Below, one piece after another: positions 10,971 to 22,900 of a stretch of 64,000 nt of DNA. The position numbers and the translations under genes are program-made. Source of the stretch: Diadema antillarum (taxonomy: Eukaryota); NCBI RefSeq assembly GCF_040938485.1, contig NW_027271416.1, positions 124,001 to 188,000 of the forward strand, in the 5' to 3' direction. The notes under the pieces were generated by a model. That model was given only the letters and a program-made list of their open reading frames with translations, had not been told where the DNA came from and ran no database searches. Each line of letters opens with the position of its first letter. Positions within the stretch are counted from its first letter, which is position 1.

Positions 10971-13075
10971 GTAACTATGAAGATACGACAAGCTAAAAGA
11001 GATTATTTTAATAGGAAATTTGATACAGTAAAAGGTAATATGAAGAGTATTTGGAAATTGATTAATAATATTTTGTATAAAAGTCAGAAAAATACAGTTA
11101 TTGTGTCTCTTCATCTCGGTAATGAAAAAGTTACCAATAGTCAAGATATTGTGAACACATTCAATGAATATTTTGTTAATATTGGTTCAAAATTGCAAGA
11201 TATAAAAAATTATGTAAATGAGAATAAGTTTTTTCAAGATTATTTGAAAATGCCAAATAGTAAACCTCTTTTTTTGAAGCCAATAACAAATGATGAAATA
11301 ATAACTATAGTTAATAACATGAAGAACAACATCAGCTCTGGTATTGATGATATTGATATCAAGGTGGTAAAATGTGTTATTTCATTGATTTGTGTTCCGT
11401 TATGTATTATTTTTAATGAATGTTTGCGTACTGGTACTTTCCCTGAAAAAATGAAAATTGCACGAGTCACACCAATACATAAAAAAGGACAATTAACTGA
11501 TGTGAATAATTATCGTCCAATATCAGTATTGCCTATATTTTCGAAAATATTAGAAAAATGTATTTATAATAGGTTAATAGAATTTTTGAATAAACATAAT
11601 ATACTTATTAGTAATCAATATGGTTTTAGGCAGAGATATTCAACAGAAACGGCAATATTACAACTGATTAATAAGATAAATCAGGCTATAGATGATAAAG
11701 AATATGCTTTAACGGTATTTATTGATTTAACCAAAGCATTTGATGTTATAGACCATTTCATTTTGTTACAAAAATTATGTTATTATGGTGTGAGGGGCAC
11801 TCCATTAAAATTATTTACAAGTTATCTCTCAAATCGTAAGCAATTAACAAATATTAATGGTGTCCATTCTAATCTTAAAGAAATAAAATGTGGAGTACCA
11901 CAAGGGTCTATTCTTGGGCCTCTTCTTTTTTTATTGTATATAAATGATTTGCCGTATTCAACATATGATGTAGATTACATATCATTTGCAGATGACACAA
12001 GTGTATTTTGTAAAGGCACAGACCCAAAGACATTATTTTATAATATGAATGTTCAACTTGATTGTATAAGAAATTGGTTGTCGGTAAACAAATTGATTTT
12101 GAATGTTGATAAGACCAATTATATATTATTTGGAACAAGAACTAAAATTGACAGTAATTTGAAATTGATGTATAGAGATGAGGAAATTAAACGAGTATAT
12201 GATGTAAAATTTTTGGGTGATGATAAATTGTCCTGGAATTCTCATGTGAATCATATATGTTCAACAATATCGAAAAGTATTGGTGTTCTGTACAAATTAC
12301 AATTTCTTCCACAGAATATTTTAAAGATGCTGTATTATTCGTTTGTTTCAGTTCATATAAAATATTGTAGTATTGTTTGGGGTTTTACTACAAACAAAAA
12401 TATTGATCGTATTCATAAATTACAGAAACGCAGTATTCGTTTGATAACCAACTCTTCATATTTAGCTCCCAGTAAGCCATTATTTCTTAAGATGAAAATT
12501 TTACCTGTTCAAGAATTTATTTCTTTGGAAAGTATGATTTTTATGTTTAAAGTTTCCAACAATGTTTTTTCTGAAGTATTTCACAACCATTTCACTTTGA
12601 ATTGTTCTATACACAATTATAATACCAGGAATGCAAAAAATATTCACACACCATTAAACCGGATTTCAAAAACTCAATCCTCCATTTTTTACCATGGCCC
12701 TATTCTTTGGAATACTCTTCCTCCAACACTCAAGAGTAGCAAGACCTTACGTCAATTTAAAAGGCTTTATAAAAAACATATTTTTGATGAAATGTACCTG
12801 AAACTGTAAGTATAAGTATGCATTGTTTCCACCTCTGCCTCTTTTCTTCTCTTTTCATTGTATCTTTGACATTTGTTTTATGAAATGAATTTGTATGATA
12901 ATTGTTTAGTTGAAATGTATTGATAATTGTTTGTAGGGGATCATTTCCAACAAGCCTCCTGTGTGCTTTCTATGATCCCTCCATTCAAAATGTATAAATG
13001 TTGTAAGGCAATTGTATTTTGATATTTGTATATGTTATGTTTTGATATGGAAATGAATGAATGAATGAATGAATT
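10971..13075 (+). mobile_element. 5'-truncated L2/CR1-group LINE inserted in the intron of homeobox gene B, with a 10-bp TSD
   Basis: RT ORF, 3' stem-loop (about 12936-12979) and (GAAT)n tail. The flanking direct repeat ATGCTATTAT occurs at 10961-10970 and 13076-13085. Confidence 0.9.
10977..12809 (+). CDS. LINE ORF2 remnant: reverse transcriptase without the endonuclease domain
   Basis: NYRPISVLP, QYGFR, DLTKAFD, GVPQGSILGPLLF and FADD motifs. KFLGDDKLSW appears to lack about 3 residues relative to the other LINE (KFLGITIDSSLTW). Confidence 0.88.
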   Translation: MKIRQAKRDYFNRKFDTVKGNMKSIWKLINNILYKSQKNTVIVSLHLGNEKVTNSQDIVNTFNEYFVNIGSKLQDIKNYVNENKFFQDYLKMPNSKPLFLKPITNDEIITIVNNMKNNISSGIDDIDIKVVKCVISLICVPLCIIFNECLRTGTFPEKMKIARVTPIHKKGQLTDVNNYRPISVLPIFSKILEKCIYNRLIEFLNKHNILISNQYGFRQRYSTETAILQLINKINQAIDDKEYALTVFIDLTKAFDVIDHFILLQKLCYYGVRGTPLKLFTSYLSNRKQLTNINGVHSNLKEIKCGVPQGSILGPLLFLLYINDLPYSTYDVDYISFADDTSVFCKGTDPKTLFYNMNVQLDCIRNWLSVNKLILNVDKTNYILFGTRTKIDSNLKLMYRDEEIKRVYDVKFLGDDKLSWNSHVNHICSTISKSIGVLYKLQFLPQNILKMLYYSFVSVHIKYCSIVWGFTTNKNIDRIHKLQKRSIRLITNSSYLAPSKPLFLKMKILPVQEFISLESMIFMFKVSNNVFSEVFHNHFTLNCSIHNYNTRNAKNIHTPLNRISKTQSSIFYHGPILWNTLPPTLKSSKTLRQFKRLYKKHIFDEMYLKL

Positions 13076-13268
13076 ATGCTATTATACTGCTTCACATAAT
13101 TAAATTGGATATTTCATAGTAACAAACTCAGACTATCAGCAATGTTAACACGTAGTATCATTTTAACGCCAATTGAAATTATTTTGATTAGTTGATAACT
13201 TAAATATCTGTCGACTACATCTTTTCATACCAGATAATAGGCCTATGCCGTATGACAATGAAACCTAC

Positions 13269-13469
13269 GTGTATTCTGTCTTCATTCAGGCCAAGTGTAG
13301 CTGCCAGTTTCTTCCTGGAAACGATGTCGGGATATTGGTCGATGTCGAACTCGGCCTTTAGTCTCTCGAGTTGCCATTCAGTGAACCTAGTCTTACGTCG
13401 AGGACGAGGTCGCTTGGAAGGAGCAGACATCGGGACGTGAAGCAGAAGTGAGAGCGACGAATCAGCCAT
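13269..13469 (-). CDS. pmar1: pmar1/micro1/hbox12-family homeobox gene B, exon 1 (67 codons)
   Basis: MADSSLSLLLHVPMSAPSKRPRPRRKTRFTEWQLERLKAEFDIDQYPDIVSRKKLAATLGLNEDRIH, then donor GTAGGT at 13268. The homeodomain is 48/60 identical to that of gene A. Confidence 0.88.
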
Positions 13470-14883
13470 GTTGGATAGCGATTATAGCCTTGGAAATGCT
13501 TGAGGGATCAGTGACGGGTAATCTTGTTCGGATGTTCAGCCAGGTAAGAAGACAAAGTGCTTGTGATTAGCTTCTATCCCAGTTGATTCTTGTACGTAGT
13601 TTTCATTTCATGGAAAGCTAATTCGAAAAGCTAATTCCTACATCTAGGCTGCATGTATGGTATGGGAAAAGTTGATTGGTCGAACTCTGTAACCAATTGG
13701 ATGAACGGGATGGACGAGGATAGATCTATTTCACTTTAAACGAAAGCAGCCACCTCTGACCAGTCATGGATGGTCATTTATTTGCCGGCAAAGATCAAAC
13801 TGCTTATTACAACAATGCACTAACAATAGCCTGATAGCTCGCGCGCGGTGCGTACGCTTTAATCACTGCGCCTCTCATCCCTATTCACCTGTCACACTTT
13901 GTTCGTGTTATTGTTCGAGAAATGTATGGACCTGCCCCCTTTCAATGGGAGAGTTTTGCAAGCTGTGATTCAAATCAGTCAAAAGTTCTAAAGAAATGTC
14001 TGGCAGAGTCTGTCAGTCAATGTCAGTCTGTCAATCACAAACTTATTCGAGTTGCATATGTCGTAAAGACGATGCGAAAGCGAAGCTGATGCTCAAACAG
14101 GATATAATTACAATTATTACCCTGTGTGCTGTGTGCAAACCGTTATCCTTACCCTCGATATCAAATTTATTCCCGATTCGGGTTCATAATGTATAACAGT
14201 AATTAAGATCTGATAACTACTGTTACTCACAGTCTACACCCAGATGTTTTACGTTTGTTTGTATTTCATTTCGCGTGTGCCTAACATGCCTAAGTCGAAT
14301 TTTCACTATAGTAAATGCCAGTAACCATAATAACGAACACCAATAGGCTCATAATGATACCATTACGGCAGAATTTGCTTTTGTTTATCCAGAATAGCCA
14401 AGATGTCCTAAGACAGTCTAAATGTTAGCACTTCACTGCAGATTTTCTTATTATTGTTATTAAAAAAGAACAACATTGCCAGGTATCCATTTATCACTCA
14501 GGTAACACAGAATTCTTTGTCCTCTGATGACCTTTCAGAATCGAAGTCAGGATCACAGAATATCAAGCTCACTCTCACAAAATTAAGTCCAGTTGGTAAG
14601 AATAATCCCATGTAACATATTTTCATACGTCACAAGACCGAAGTGATTTTCTCATTATAAACTCTTCTGTACAATACCTAAATGGTGATTAAAATCTTAG
14701 CCCAAGAGATTTGCCAGTGTATAATTATAATTGTGATCATTATGCTATTGTTTTCTTTTTTGATGAATTCTCATGGTCTTTGATTAGCTTTGATGTATTT
14801 CGAGTTCGAAACTAGAAACCCTATGCTACATCTGTATAGGTGCCACATTTATTTTGTTCACGCCGTACCTGAATACACAGTGC

Positions 14884-15085
14884 AAAACAACACATTTGAA
14901 TTTATCATACACGGGCTGCTTGTTGCGGACTATATATGTCACACAACAATACACAGTGTGTGTCTAACACCAACCAGTCAATAGACAAACAACACATTTG
15001 AATTTATCATACACGGGCTGCTTGTTGCGGACTATATGTCACACAACAATACACAGTGTGTCTCTAACACCAACCAGTCAATAGA
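14884..15085. repeat. About 100-bp direct tandem duplication
   Basis: aacaacacatttgaatttatcatacacgggctgc...ccagtcaataga occurs twice, back to back. Confidence 0.9.
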
Positions 15086-15499
15086 GGGCCACACTGACAG
15101 GTGTACAAAGTATATTGTGATGGTGTTGAAAAGTGTTCACCAGGCACTTCGTGGTATTAATTTGACACTGTAGCTGATGATATTTGGGAAACTATTTGGT
15201 GTTGGATTGGCATCACTGATGTTAATTTCAATGATATAACACCCATCACCCGGTGTGAATAGGAGACCACACCAACTGGTGTTACTGTTGTGTAAATGTG
15301 TTCTCGATTTCTGTTTTCTCAAAAATTAAGATCTTTATCGGGAAGTTCTTGTTCGTTTTGTTGAAATTCACAATCAACAAGAAGAACAGGACATATATTA
15401 CTTATATTAAAAAAAAGAGAGTTTATATTTTGAAGTGACACCGGAAGGTGTTAATCTAACACCACAAATGAGCACGGGAAATTTAACACATGCCGTTGA

Positions 15500-18400
15500 A
15501 CTACACACATGCACAGGCACAGACACACACATAAACGGAGATATGGTAACGAAGTTCTCAAAACGTATTAGTAGTTTAATGAACTTTTGCTAAGACACAT
15601 CAAAATCAAACACAGGAAAGTAGAAAATTGTCAAATGACTGAAGCATACAACAACAATAAACAAACAAATTGTATATCCAGACCAACCAAAGAGTAGTAT
15701 GAACAGACCAATATTACAAGTTATTGGGTACAAATTAATGCTTATTATCATTTGATTAAAGTTACATCGGGTGAAATGCTGAGCCCTCGACTGTTTCACT
15801 TCTTGTAGAGATGGGAGGAAAGAGAGATACACTGTACCGATAGTACAAAGGAGGAGATTACAAAATGGTATTTTAATGTAACGCGGTATATACTGATGAA
15901 TGGTTAAATTTCACAATGTTACAATGAGGGGGAAATAATCGTAAAGGAACACTGAAATTTCGGTCATAACAAAAACTGAGAAAAGGAGAATGTAAATACA
16001 CTGTATATGAATGTAAATCGTGTCAGCATTCATGTACAGACGTCTAACTATAGTGTAATGTTCTTGTCATGAAAGCGTGCTGTATCTACAGGACTGTACG
16101 ACAATGACAATTATGATAAAGAATATGAATGCATTACTATGCTAAAGTAAACAAACGTGCTATAACTTAATGACTAGATTATGTTTTGTGTAATAATAGT
16201 TGGTTAATATGACCGGAACATCCTGGAAGATACATACTTTTGAAGACATTTAATTTTTTTAGCTATAACAGCTCAATTACTCGGCGAAATATTACAGGCT
16301 TATACAGTGCTTCCATGCCGACTTTCATTCATTCATTTATTCATTCATTTTTCATCTTCAACAAAAACTTGTAAATACGATCTTTATTTTTCACAGAAGA
16401 TAAGTACGTATAAGCCAACATTACAAAATATGATAAATGAAATTTATGGAAATACAATTGATAGGGTGAAAAAGAAAAGGATTAAAACATTCTGAAGTTT
16501 AGAAAATACAGACAATGGGGAGGAATGCTGAAGAAGCAATTCTTATAGGGTGCATCCCCCCCAAAAAAAAACCACACACACACACACACAAAACATATTA
16601 AAACAATTATACATACATCTTGGTTACATTCAACGATTATTAATCAAACTTGGTTACACAATGATTATTAATCAAACCTGGTTATACAATGATTATCAAT
16701 CAAATATATTTTGATGCTATGCTACGAATAACCATCAAGGTATTACAGGTAACTTCAAATTTCTAAGTATGGGTTTTGATATACTGCTTCTCGATCATTC
16801 CATTTGAAACTAAATACATCACCTCAAACTCATCCGTTACAACAAGTGACGTCAGTAATTCAATACGTCACAAAAGGGCTTGATCGAATGCAGACATCGG
16901 ACAGCAAGAAATATCTTCAGATAGAAAATAATGTGGATGAAATAGAAAATGAAGATGAGAGAGATGGATCGATCGAAAAGGGAAAAAGAAAGATGAGACA
17001 CAAAGTCATTTTGTTTGTGACGTCACCTGTTCGAATATTTATCCCAAATGTGAAATAATTCTCTAAATATCTCTCTTCTACCCAAGCATAATTGCTTCTG
17101 GCACAAAACAACAACCATACATCTCACATCTCTAGCTATAATAACAACTGTGTATGTAAAATAATGGTGGCAGTTCCCTGACTGATAACCACAGCGTGTT
17201 TCCACGCATTAAATGTTCGGATACCACATTAATATATTACTCTCTTAAAGCTGAAGCAGAACATCACTCTTCACCCTCATACCTTAGTCCTATGGAATGT
17301 GAATTATAAAACAATGACTCAGTTATAATCTCACCCAATACATTTATTTATTGAGAAGACTTTACCCATGAATACGAACAGAACAAAATAAACGAACTCA
17401 ACTACAAAATGAATTGTCCCGTTTGTCTCCTATTCGACCAAAACCGAGGTAATGCATGTCAAAAAGGACACCTAGCAACTAGATTATTTTAGTTATCCTG
17501 CATGGCAACGTGTACCAGACTTGACATATTCTTATAACTTATGTTGAGAAGAGGTAAACGCAGGAATAAATTGGTCAATGTAACAAAGAATAAAAAGAAA
17601 TGTGCGTTTGATTGTATTCATTTTTACGGCCCTGCCCTGCTACGTTTTCTCGGTTCCAGTTTTGCAACCCCCTAAACCTGATACCAAGTTATTTATTTCT
17701 CTTCGCTATCACAGATTCGGCTCAAAATCATATCAATTTTTTAGGGTTACATTTAAGGTTTATATGACACTGAGGGTTTTGTAGCAATTCATCAAACGAG
17801 TATTTTTTTTTCTTTTCACTGCATTGTATTACATTTCAATCATGTCTCAGGTATAAGTAGAGCTACCAAATCTCTGATTTGTTTGTGACTTCTCATTGAT
17901 GGTCAGACGTCTGATACTTAAAGTAAACAGTGATGAGACTCACAGTAATGTGCAGTTTTTAGAGTACATTAAGGAACGCTCATAGTCAAACATATTTTCG
18001 TTTGCCAGAATGATATTCTAAACCTCCACTGTATAGATTACTGTCATGTTAACACATTCAAACAATACTGTTCCGTTCGAAGGCATGAAAATTAGTACTG
18101 AATGGTTTTTCCCGAAGCATACAACCATTAACCGGATGGATGTTTTCTTTGGAATGACTAGGGATTAACAGATGAACTGGAGGGCAATAGATTTAGCGAC
18201 CTGGAAAGAGCCCGTGCATGCAGGAAAATGGCAGTCTTGGGAATGTTGGAGGATACAGTGTGGACGCATTCCTCCCCGAAAGAGGGCGCTCTTCAGTTCA
18301 TACATGTTCAATCTGGTGAAGGGCACTCCACGTCTTCTGTCAACGCTGTGAATTACCCCATTTTATTATTCCCATTTATCACTCATCACGGTATAATGAC

Positions 18401-19700
18401 GTATGAACCACCCTAGGCAAAAAAATAAAAATAAAAATAGATAAATAAATAAAAAATAGAACAGTACTACAGCCAGACTTCCTAGTGTAAAAAACGATAA
18501 CAATCGGTTTTCCATGATTCATGGAAAATTCTTGGCATTGTCAGTCAATTTCAAGAGCTTTACATTATGGAAACTTTCTGATTCCCATTCAGAGACCTAC
18601 GACGCAGGGATTATGTACCCGCGTCATTACAATAATTCTTCGAAACCATTTTGGTACTTCTTGTAAATATCAGCCTTTTACTGATTTGATGTGAAGAGCA
18701 TTCTCACCCAAATAATGTGCTAATATCGTAAAACAAATGTTGTAACCGATGACACTGTTTTACTTTTGGAATATTGTCAATCATCCATAAACTAATTCAA
18801 CTTTTCGACATGATTAAGGTCATTAATGTATGAATATTCATGTGAGTTGGCGCGGCTATAGGCGTTTTCACATCAGCCCGATGTTTCGAAATAGCGCGCT
18901 ATTTTCTGACTTGGGAAATTTCCCCGATAGCGAAATAGCGCGCTATTTGATAATGTGAACACAAATGAGCGCGCTATCTGTATCGCTCTGATCGAGAAAA
19001 TTTATCGAGTCCAACTCGGGAAATTTCTGAAATAGCGGGAAAGTAGCGCGCTTTTAGGCGTTTTCACATCAGCCCGATGTTTCGAAATAGCGCGCTATCT
19101 TGCTGACTATTTTCTGCTTAAAATATCTCGAGCTTGGATTTTTATCGGGCTGATGTGAAAACGCCTTTTAGACGTTTTCACATCAGCCCGATGTTTCGAA
19201 ATAGCGCGCTATTTTGCTGACTATTTTCTGCGAAAAATATCTCGAGCTTGGATTTTTATCGGGCTGATGTGAAAACGCCTTTTGATAATGTGAAAACGAC
19301 TCGAGAAATGAGCGCGATGCATCCCATCATGCCTAGCGTGTGTGACCCGATCGATCGAGGCAAACTGCACACAAATCATGAGGAATTTTTGAGAGGGCAC
19401 ACACATTACTGATGCTGTTTGCACATACTCAGCTGTCGAATTAGCTCGACAAAAATTCGGGCTGATTCTCTTCGGGCTGATGTGAATAAGAAATGAAATA
19501 GCGCGCTAACTCGCAATCGCGAAAAATTTCTCGAGCTTGGATTTTTATCGGGCTGATGTGAAAACGCCTAATGCGTGTGCAGTCCATTATCATACATGTA
19601 AAATCCATTCATTACAATATTCTACTCACTTGAGTATCCCACCAAAGAATCTATTTTCTAACATGCTACAGCATGACAAAATCGTCTTTCACATTTCACA
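15500..19700. repeat. Conserved non-coding block downstream (3') of each TRIM gene; homologues at about 26150-29650, 39350-43530 and 49960-54540
   Basis: Collinear, highly similar sequence in four units, differing by unit-specific insertions. Confidence 0.85.
18861..19568. mobile_element. Composite MITE with TIR GGCGTTTTCACATCAGCCCGAT, flanked by TA
   Basis: Terminal inverted repeats plus internal TIR copies (about 19058, 19145-19166, 19171 and 19258-19279). Absent at the equivalent site in the T3 unit (gcacggc|aatgcgtg). Confidence 0.85.
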
Positions 19701-21554
19701 TTACATTGCATCAAATATGTAAAGTCTATCCGGAGTGCAGAAAGCTATCTCTCCACTCTCAAACTCTTGTAGAAAGTACCAGTTTCTTTCCTCTGGTTTT
19801 TGTATTTTGAAATCAGTGATGATATTGCGCACGTGCTCCAAATCTCTCGTGTATCGGTCGATACTGACAAGCCCCTCCCCGTGCTTCACCCAGGCTACAA
19901 TGACCGAGTCATCTCTACAAACAGCTGGATAGGCTGACATTCCCTCTTCCTCCTTCTTCACGACATTCTCCTTCTTCCCCTTGCCATCAATGCACACGAC
20001 AGTTGATTCATCTTTCAGTATCAGTTTCCCCATGGTGTGAAAGAAGAATAATTGCCAAGGTGTATATCCATCACACATTATTTCTCTGACAGCCTTATCA
20101 CCCTGTGGGGTAAATACCTGGATATTCTTGGACTCCCAATAACTCACGTAGATATTATCATCTCTATCCACAGTGAAACCACCAATCCCTCCTTCATTAT
20201 AACTCATCGTCTCAAACGTGACGTCAAGCTTCTCCCACTGTGGAGTGTAGAGTGACATCTTGCTGTCCGTGTCAGATATAACACTTCGACCATCGGACAG
20301 GAATCCAATATTCCTGACCCTGACATCCTTCAGCACGGACTGCTGTAACTCGCCATCAGGGGAGTAGAGATGGATTCCGCCTTGCCACGATCCCACCGCC
20401 ATCTTACCTTCTGGTGCACGAGTCATACAGTCCATGCTGTCTGTGATAGGGAGTTCTACGTCTACTTTGACATCCCACGTGTAACCTTCCAGCTCGCCAA
20501 GATAAAGTTCATTGACCTTCACGTATCTACGGAATGAAATCTTCTGAGCTCGTTCTGCCACACCTCTCGGTGATTGGTCGTCAGGATTATCTCGGCCCAG
20601 GAAGCTCTTCAAGTTCTCGCATAGCGTGTCATGCGCAAACAAGGAGTCTTTCTCTAGCGGTACCTTCACACCGTTAGATACCAGCTCTTCCATTGCGTTC
20701 ATTTGATAAATTGTTTGGTGACTCTCTTCTTCCATGACTTTTAATTTCTTCTCGAATTTTTCAGACAATCGTTTCACTTCACATTTCAGAGCATCTCTTC
20801 TGGCTGACAATAGTTGCATGTATTCATCGTAGGTCTTGTCAATGTCATTAGTGAGTTTTCTCATCATGTTTGTTATTTCATCGCGTTGTGTCTTGATGAA
20901 ATCGATATGATTTTCAATGGTTGTTTTCTTTGATTTTGCCCTTTCTTGTAACTCCTTGATATTTTCCATCAATTTCTCCTCATGGATAGCTGCCTCTTCG
21001 ACCTGGTGCCCTCCTTGTAAATGTTTTAACATCCCGCATCTTAAGCAGACGTACTCCTGACATCCGATACAGAAACACTCCTCATCATCGTTAGGATGTT
21101 TCTTACACTTCCGTCTCCTCTGTAGCGGAACTTTTCCCGAGAGCACTCCGCTCATGGCCACCACTACGTGGTTGGAGAACCTTTTCCACACAGAATGGTC
21201 TTTCTCACAGGATACACACATGTTTTCCCCGCAGTCCTGACAGTAGGACACAGCTTGCGGTTTTTCGTCCATGTCACAAACTGTGCATGTTGGACTCTTG
21301 GTTCTCACTTCGTCCACGAGAGAATTCAGGGGTACGACTGTTTGTAACTTACTCACATCTCCACTGGGTAGGGGCGTTTCTTCCCTGCATACAGGACATG
21401 CTATAGTTTGTTGGTTTGGTCGAGTTTGAGAGATACGTTCCAAACAGTCTTTGCAGAAGGTGTGAGAACACGCCAGTGATTTAGGATGGTTGAACAGTGT
21501 CAGACAGATAGGACACTCCAGATTCTGGCTGCTGATTTGATGAAACGTTGCCAT
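19701..21554 (-). CDS. TRIM E3 ligase copy T2, 617 aa (RING, B-box1, B-box2, coiled coil, NHL-like beta-propeller)
   Basis: C3HC4 RING (CPIC..CSHTFCKDC..CPVC), B-box1 (CTVC..CQDC..CVSC..H..H), B-box2 (CKKH..CIGC..CLRC..H..H), helical region and propeller-like repeats. The start is placed at MATFHQ, which is conserved in all copies and follows a splice acceptor. Confidence 0.92.
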   Translation of the reverse strand: MATFHQISSQNLECPICLTLFNHPKSLACSHTFCKDCLERISQTRPNQQTIACPVCREETPLPSGDVSKLQTVVPLNSLVDEVRTKSPTCTVCDMDEKPQAVSYCQDCGENMCVSCEKDHSVWKRFSNHVVVAMSGVLSGKVPLQRRRKCKKHPNDDEECFCIGCQEYVCLRCGMLKHLQGGHQVEEAAIHEEKLMENIKELQERAKSKKTTIENHIDFIKTQRDEITNMMRKLTNDIDKTYDEYMQLLSARRDALKCEVKRLSEKFEKKLKVMEEESHQTIYQMNAMEELVSNGVKVPLEKDSLFAHDTLCENLKSFLGRDNPDDQSPRGVAERAQKISFRRYVKVNELYLGELEGYTWDVKVDVELPITDSMDCMTRAPEGKMAVGSWQGGIHLYSPDGELQQSVLKDVRVRNIGFLSDGRSVISDTDSKMSLYTPQWEKLDVTFETMSYNEGGIGGFTVDRDDNIYVSYWESKNIQVFTPQGDKAVREIMCDGYTPWQLFFFHTMGKLILKDESTVVCIDGKGKKENVVKKEEEGMSAYPAVCRDDSVIVAWVKHGEGLVSIDRYTRDLEHVRNIITDFKIQKPEERNWYFLQEFESGEIAFCTPDRLYIFDAM

Positions 21555-22756
21555 GGTGTCTGTCTGTCTGTTTGTCTGTCTGATAGCAAAAGAATGAAAC
21601 GCATTGACGAGTAGGCCTATAAGCAGAAATATGATATTAGCAGTTACCATTAAAAAGGAGAAAGTTCACAGTGCATGGTGTTGAAATGTTTCTACTCTTA
21701 AAATTGGACGAAGTCATGAAGCACAATTTAATAGACGTGTGTGAATAGTGTTTATCATTCATGTACTCTGTATGTTTTATATCCGAACCCAATAAACTGA
21801 TTCAATGACAGTTCAATTGAATGGGGGAGATCACGTTTACTATAGCATATTGTTTTCCAGTGAGCCTGTCATAGGATGGTGCAAATTAAAATAAAGTCAG
21901 ATGTTACTTGTTAGTTCCCTAAAGGAGTATATTGTATTAGTCAAACAACAAAGAGTTGTATTACGCTGCACTCACAAAAAAAAATATGATCAGGTGATTC
22001 GAGCAGTAAATAGATGAATCATGACTCTTTTATTTGTGACCTTTTATATTAACAGTAGCGAGAATATCCTCAGTGATATCGCAAACAAACCAAAAATGTT
22101 AAGTTAAAGTGAATATCAATGAAAAAGTGAGCTAAATAGTAGAGATTATTATTTAGAAACCTATGTCCGTTTGACTGCTGGTATGTCATGCAACAAGGAA
22201 TCCTTTAATAATCAATCTATGTCCATATCCTTGAGAGATAGAGTCATTTGTTGTTTTTTTTTTCCATTTCCATAAAGATATTGGTTACGTTTGTCTTGGA
22301 AGACATGTTAACTTTAATAATTTACCTCATACGTGAAGAGCAGAGCTAAGCACAAAGATTACAATTTTCCCTGGATTAAATTACATTATAATCCCCCCCC
22401 CCTCCTTAATGGACAAAGAAAAACTGGTTAGCAGCGCCGTCTTGTCAGAAAAGCTTCAAAATCTTTGATGTTAAAGCATATCTATTAAAAATGGGGCAAG
22501 GAATATAATGAATAAAGAAGGTCATTTTAACCCTTCAGTGACGGATGGTTGTCAGTTATGATCTAGAGTCACTGTGGATTCGATGTCCTTTGTAGGTTTA
22601 TGTATTTACATGAAATGAATATAGCGTGCAATGCGATGTTCTTTCCTAGACGTTATATAGTATGTGGAAAAGATTAACTGCCATGATTGAATTCCTTTAT
22701 CTCTTACCAGTCATTGTCTGTAGCAAATAACCTCATCGTTGTGCTAATTTTATCAT

Positions 22757-22900
22757 GTCTCCCTCTGTACAAATATGTTTTGAGATCTCAACCGCTGATT
22801 TGTAAAAAAAAGAAAAGAAAAGAGAATCAGTGAGGATCGAACCTGCCATCTACTGCTTTCCGGGCAGCGACACTACCACCAGGCTATCCTGGTTGCCGCC
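22757..22900 (-). mobile_element. tRNA-derived SINE
   Basis: The minus strand reads GGCGGCAACCAGGATAGCCTGGTGG (A box)...GGTTCGATCC (B box), followed by a non-tRNA body that is shared with the copy at 33483-33660. Confidence 0.65.

Noticed and set aside
15137-15322. 61-aa minus-strand ORF in unique sequence
   Set aside because: No recognisable domain or convincing splice context; a database search would be needed to rescue it.
16804-17114. ORFs repeated in several units within the conserved 3' block
   Set aside because: Identical only in the recent duplicate, and broken or frameshifted in the T3 and T5 units, so they reflect DNA duplication rather than coding constraint.
21555-21650. Hydrophobic 32-aa N-terminal extension on T2/T4 resembling a signal peptide
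   Set aside because: Not conserved in T1, T3 or T5. It overlaps the pyrimidine tract and acceptor before the conserved ATG, so it is probably intronic.
22826-22900. tRNA gene
   Set aside because: A and B boxes are present, but there is no complete cloverleaf and it is fused to a shared repeat body, so it is treated as a SINE.
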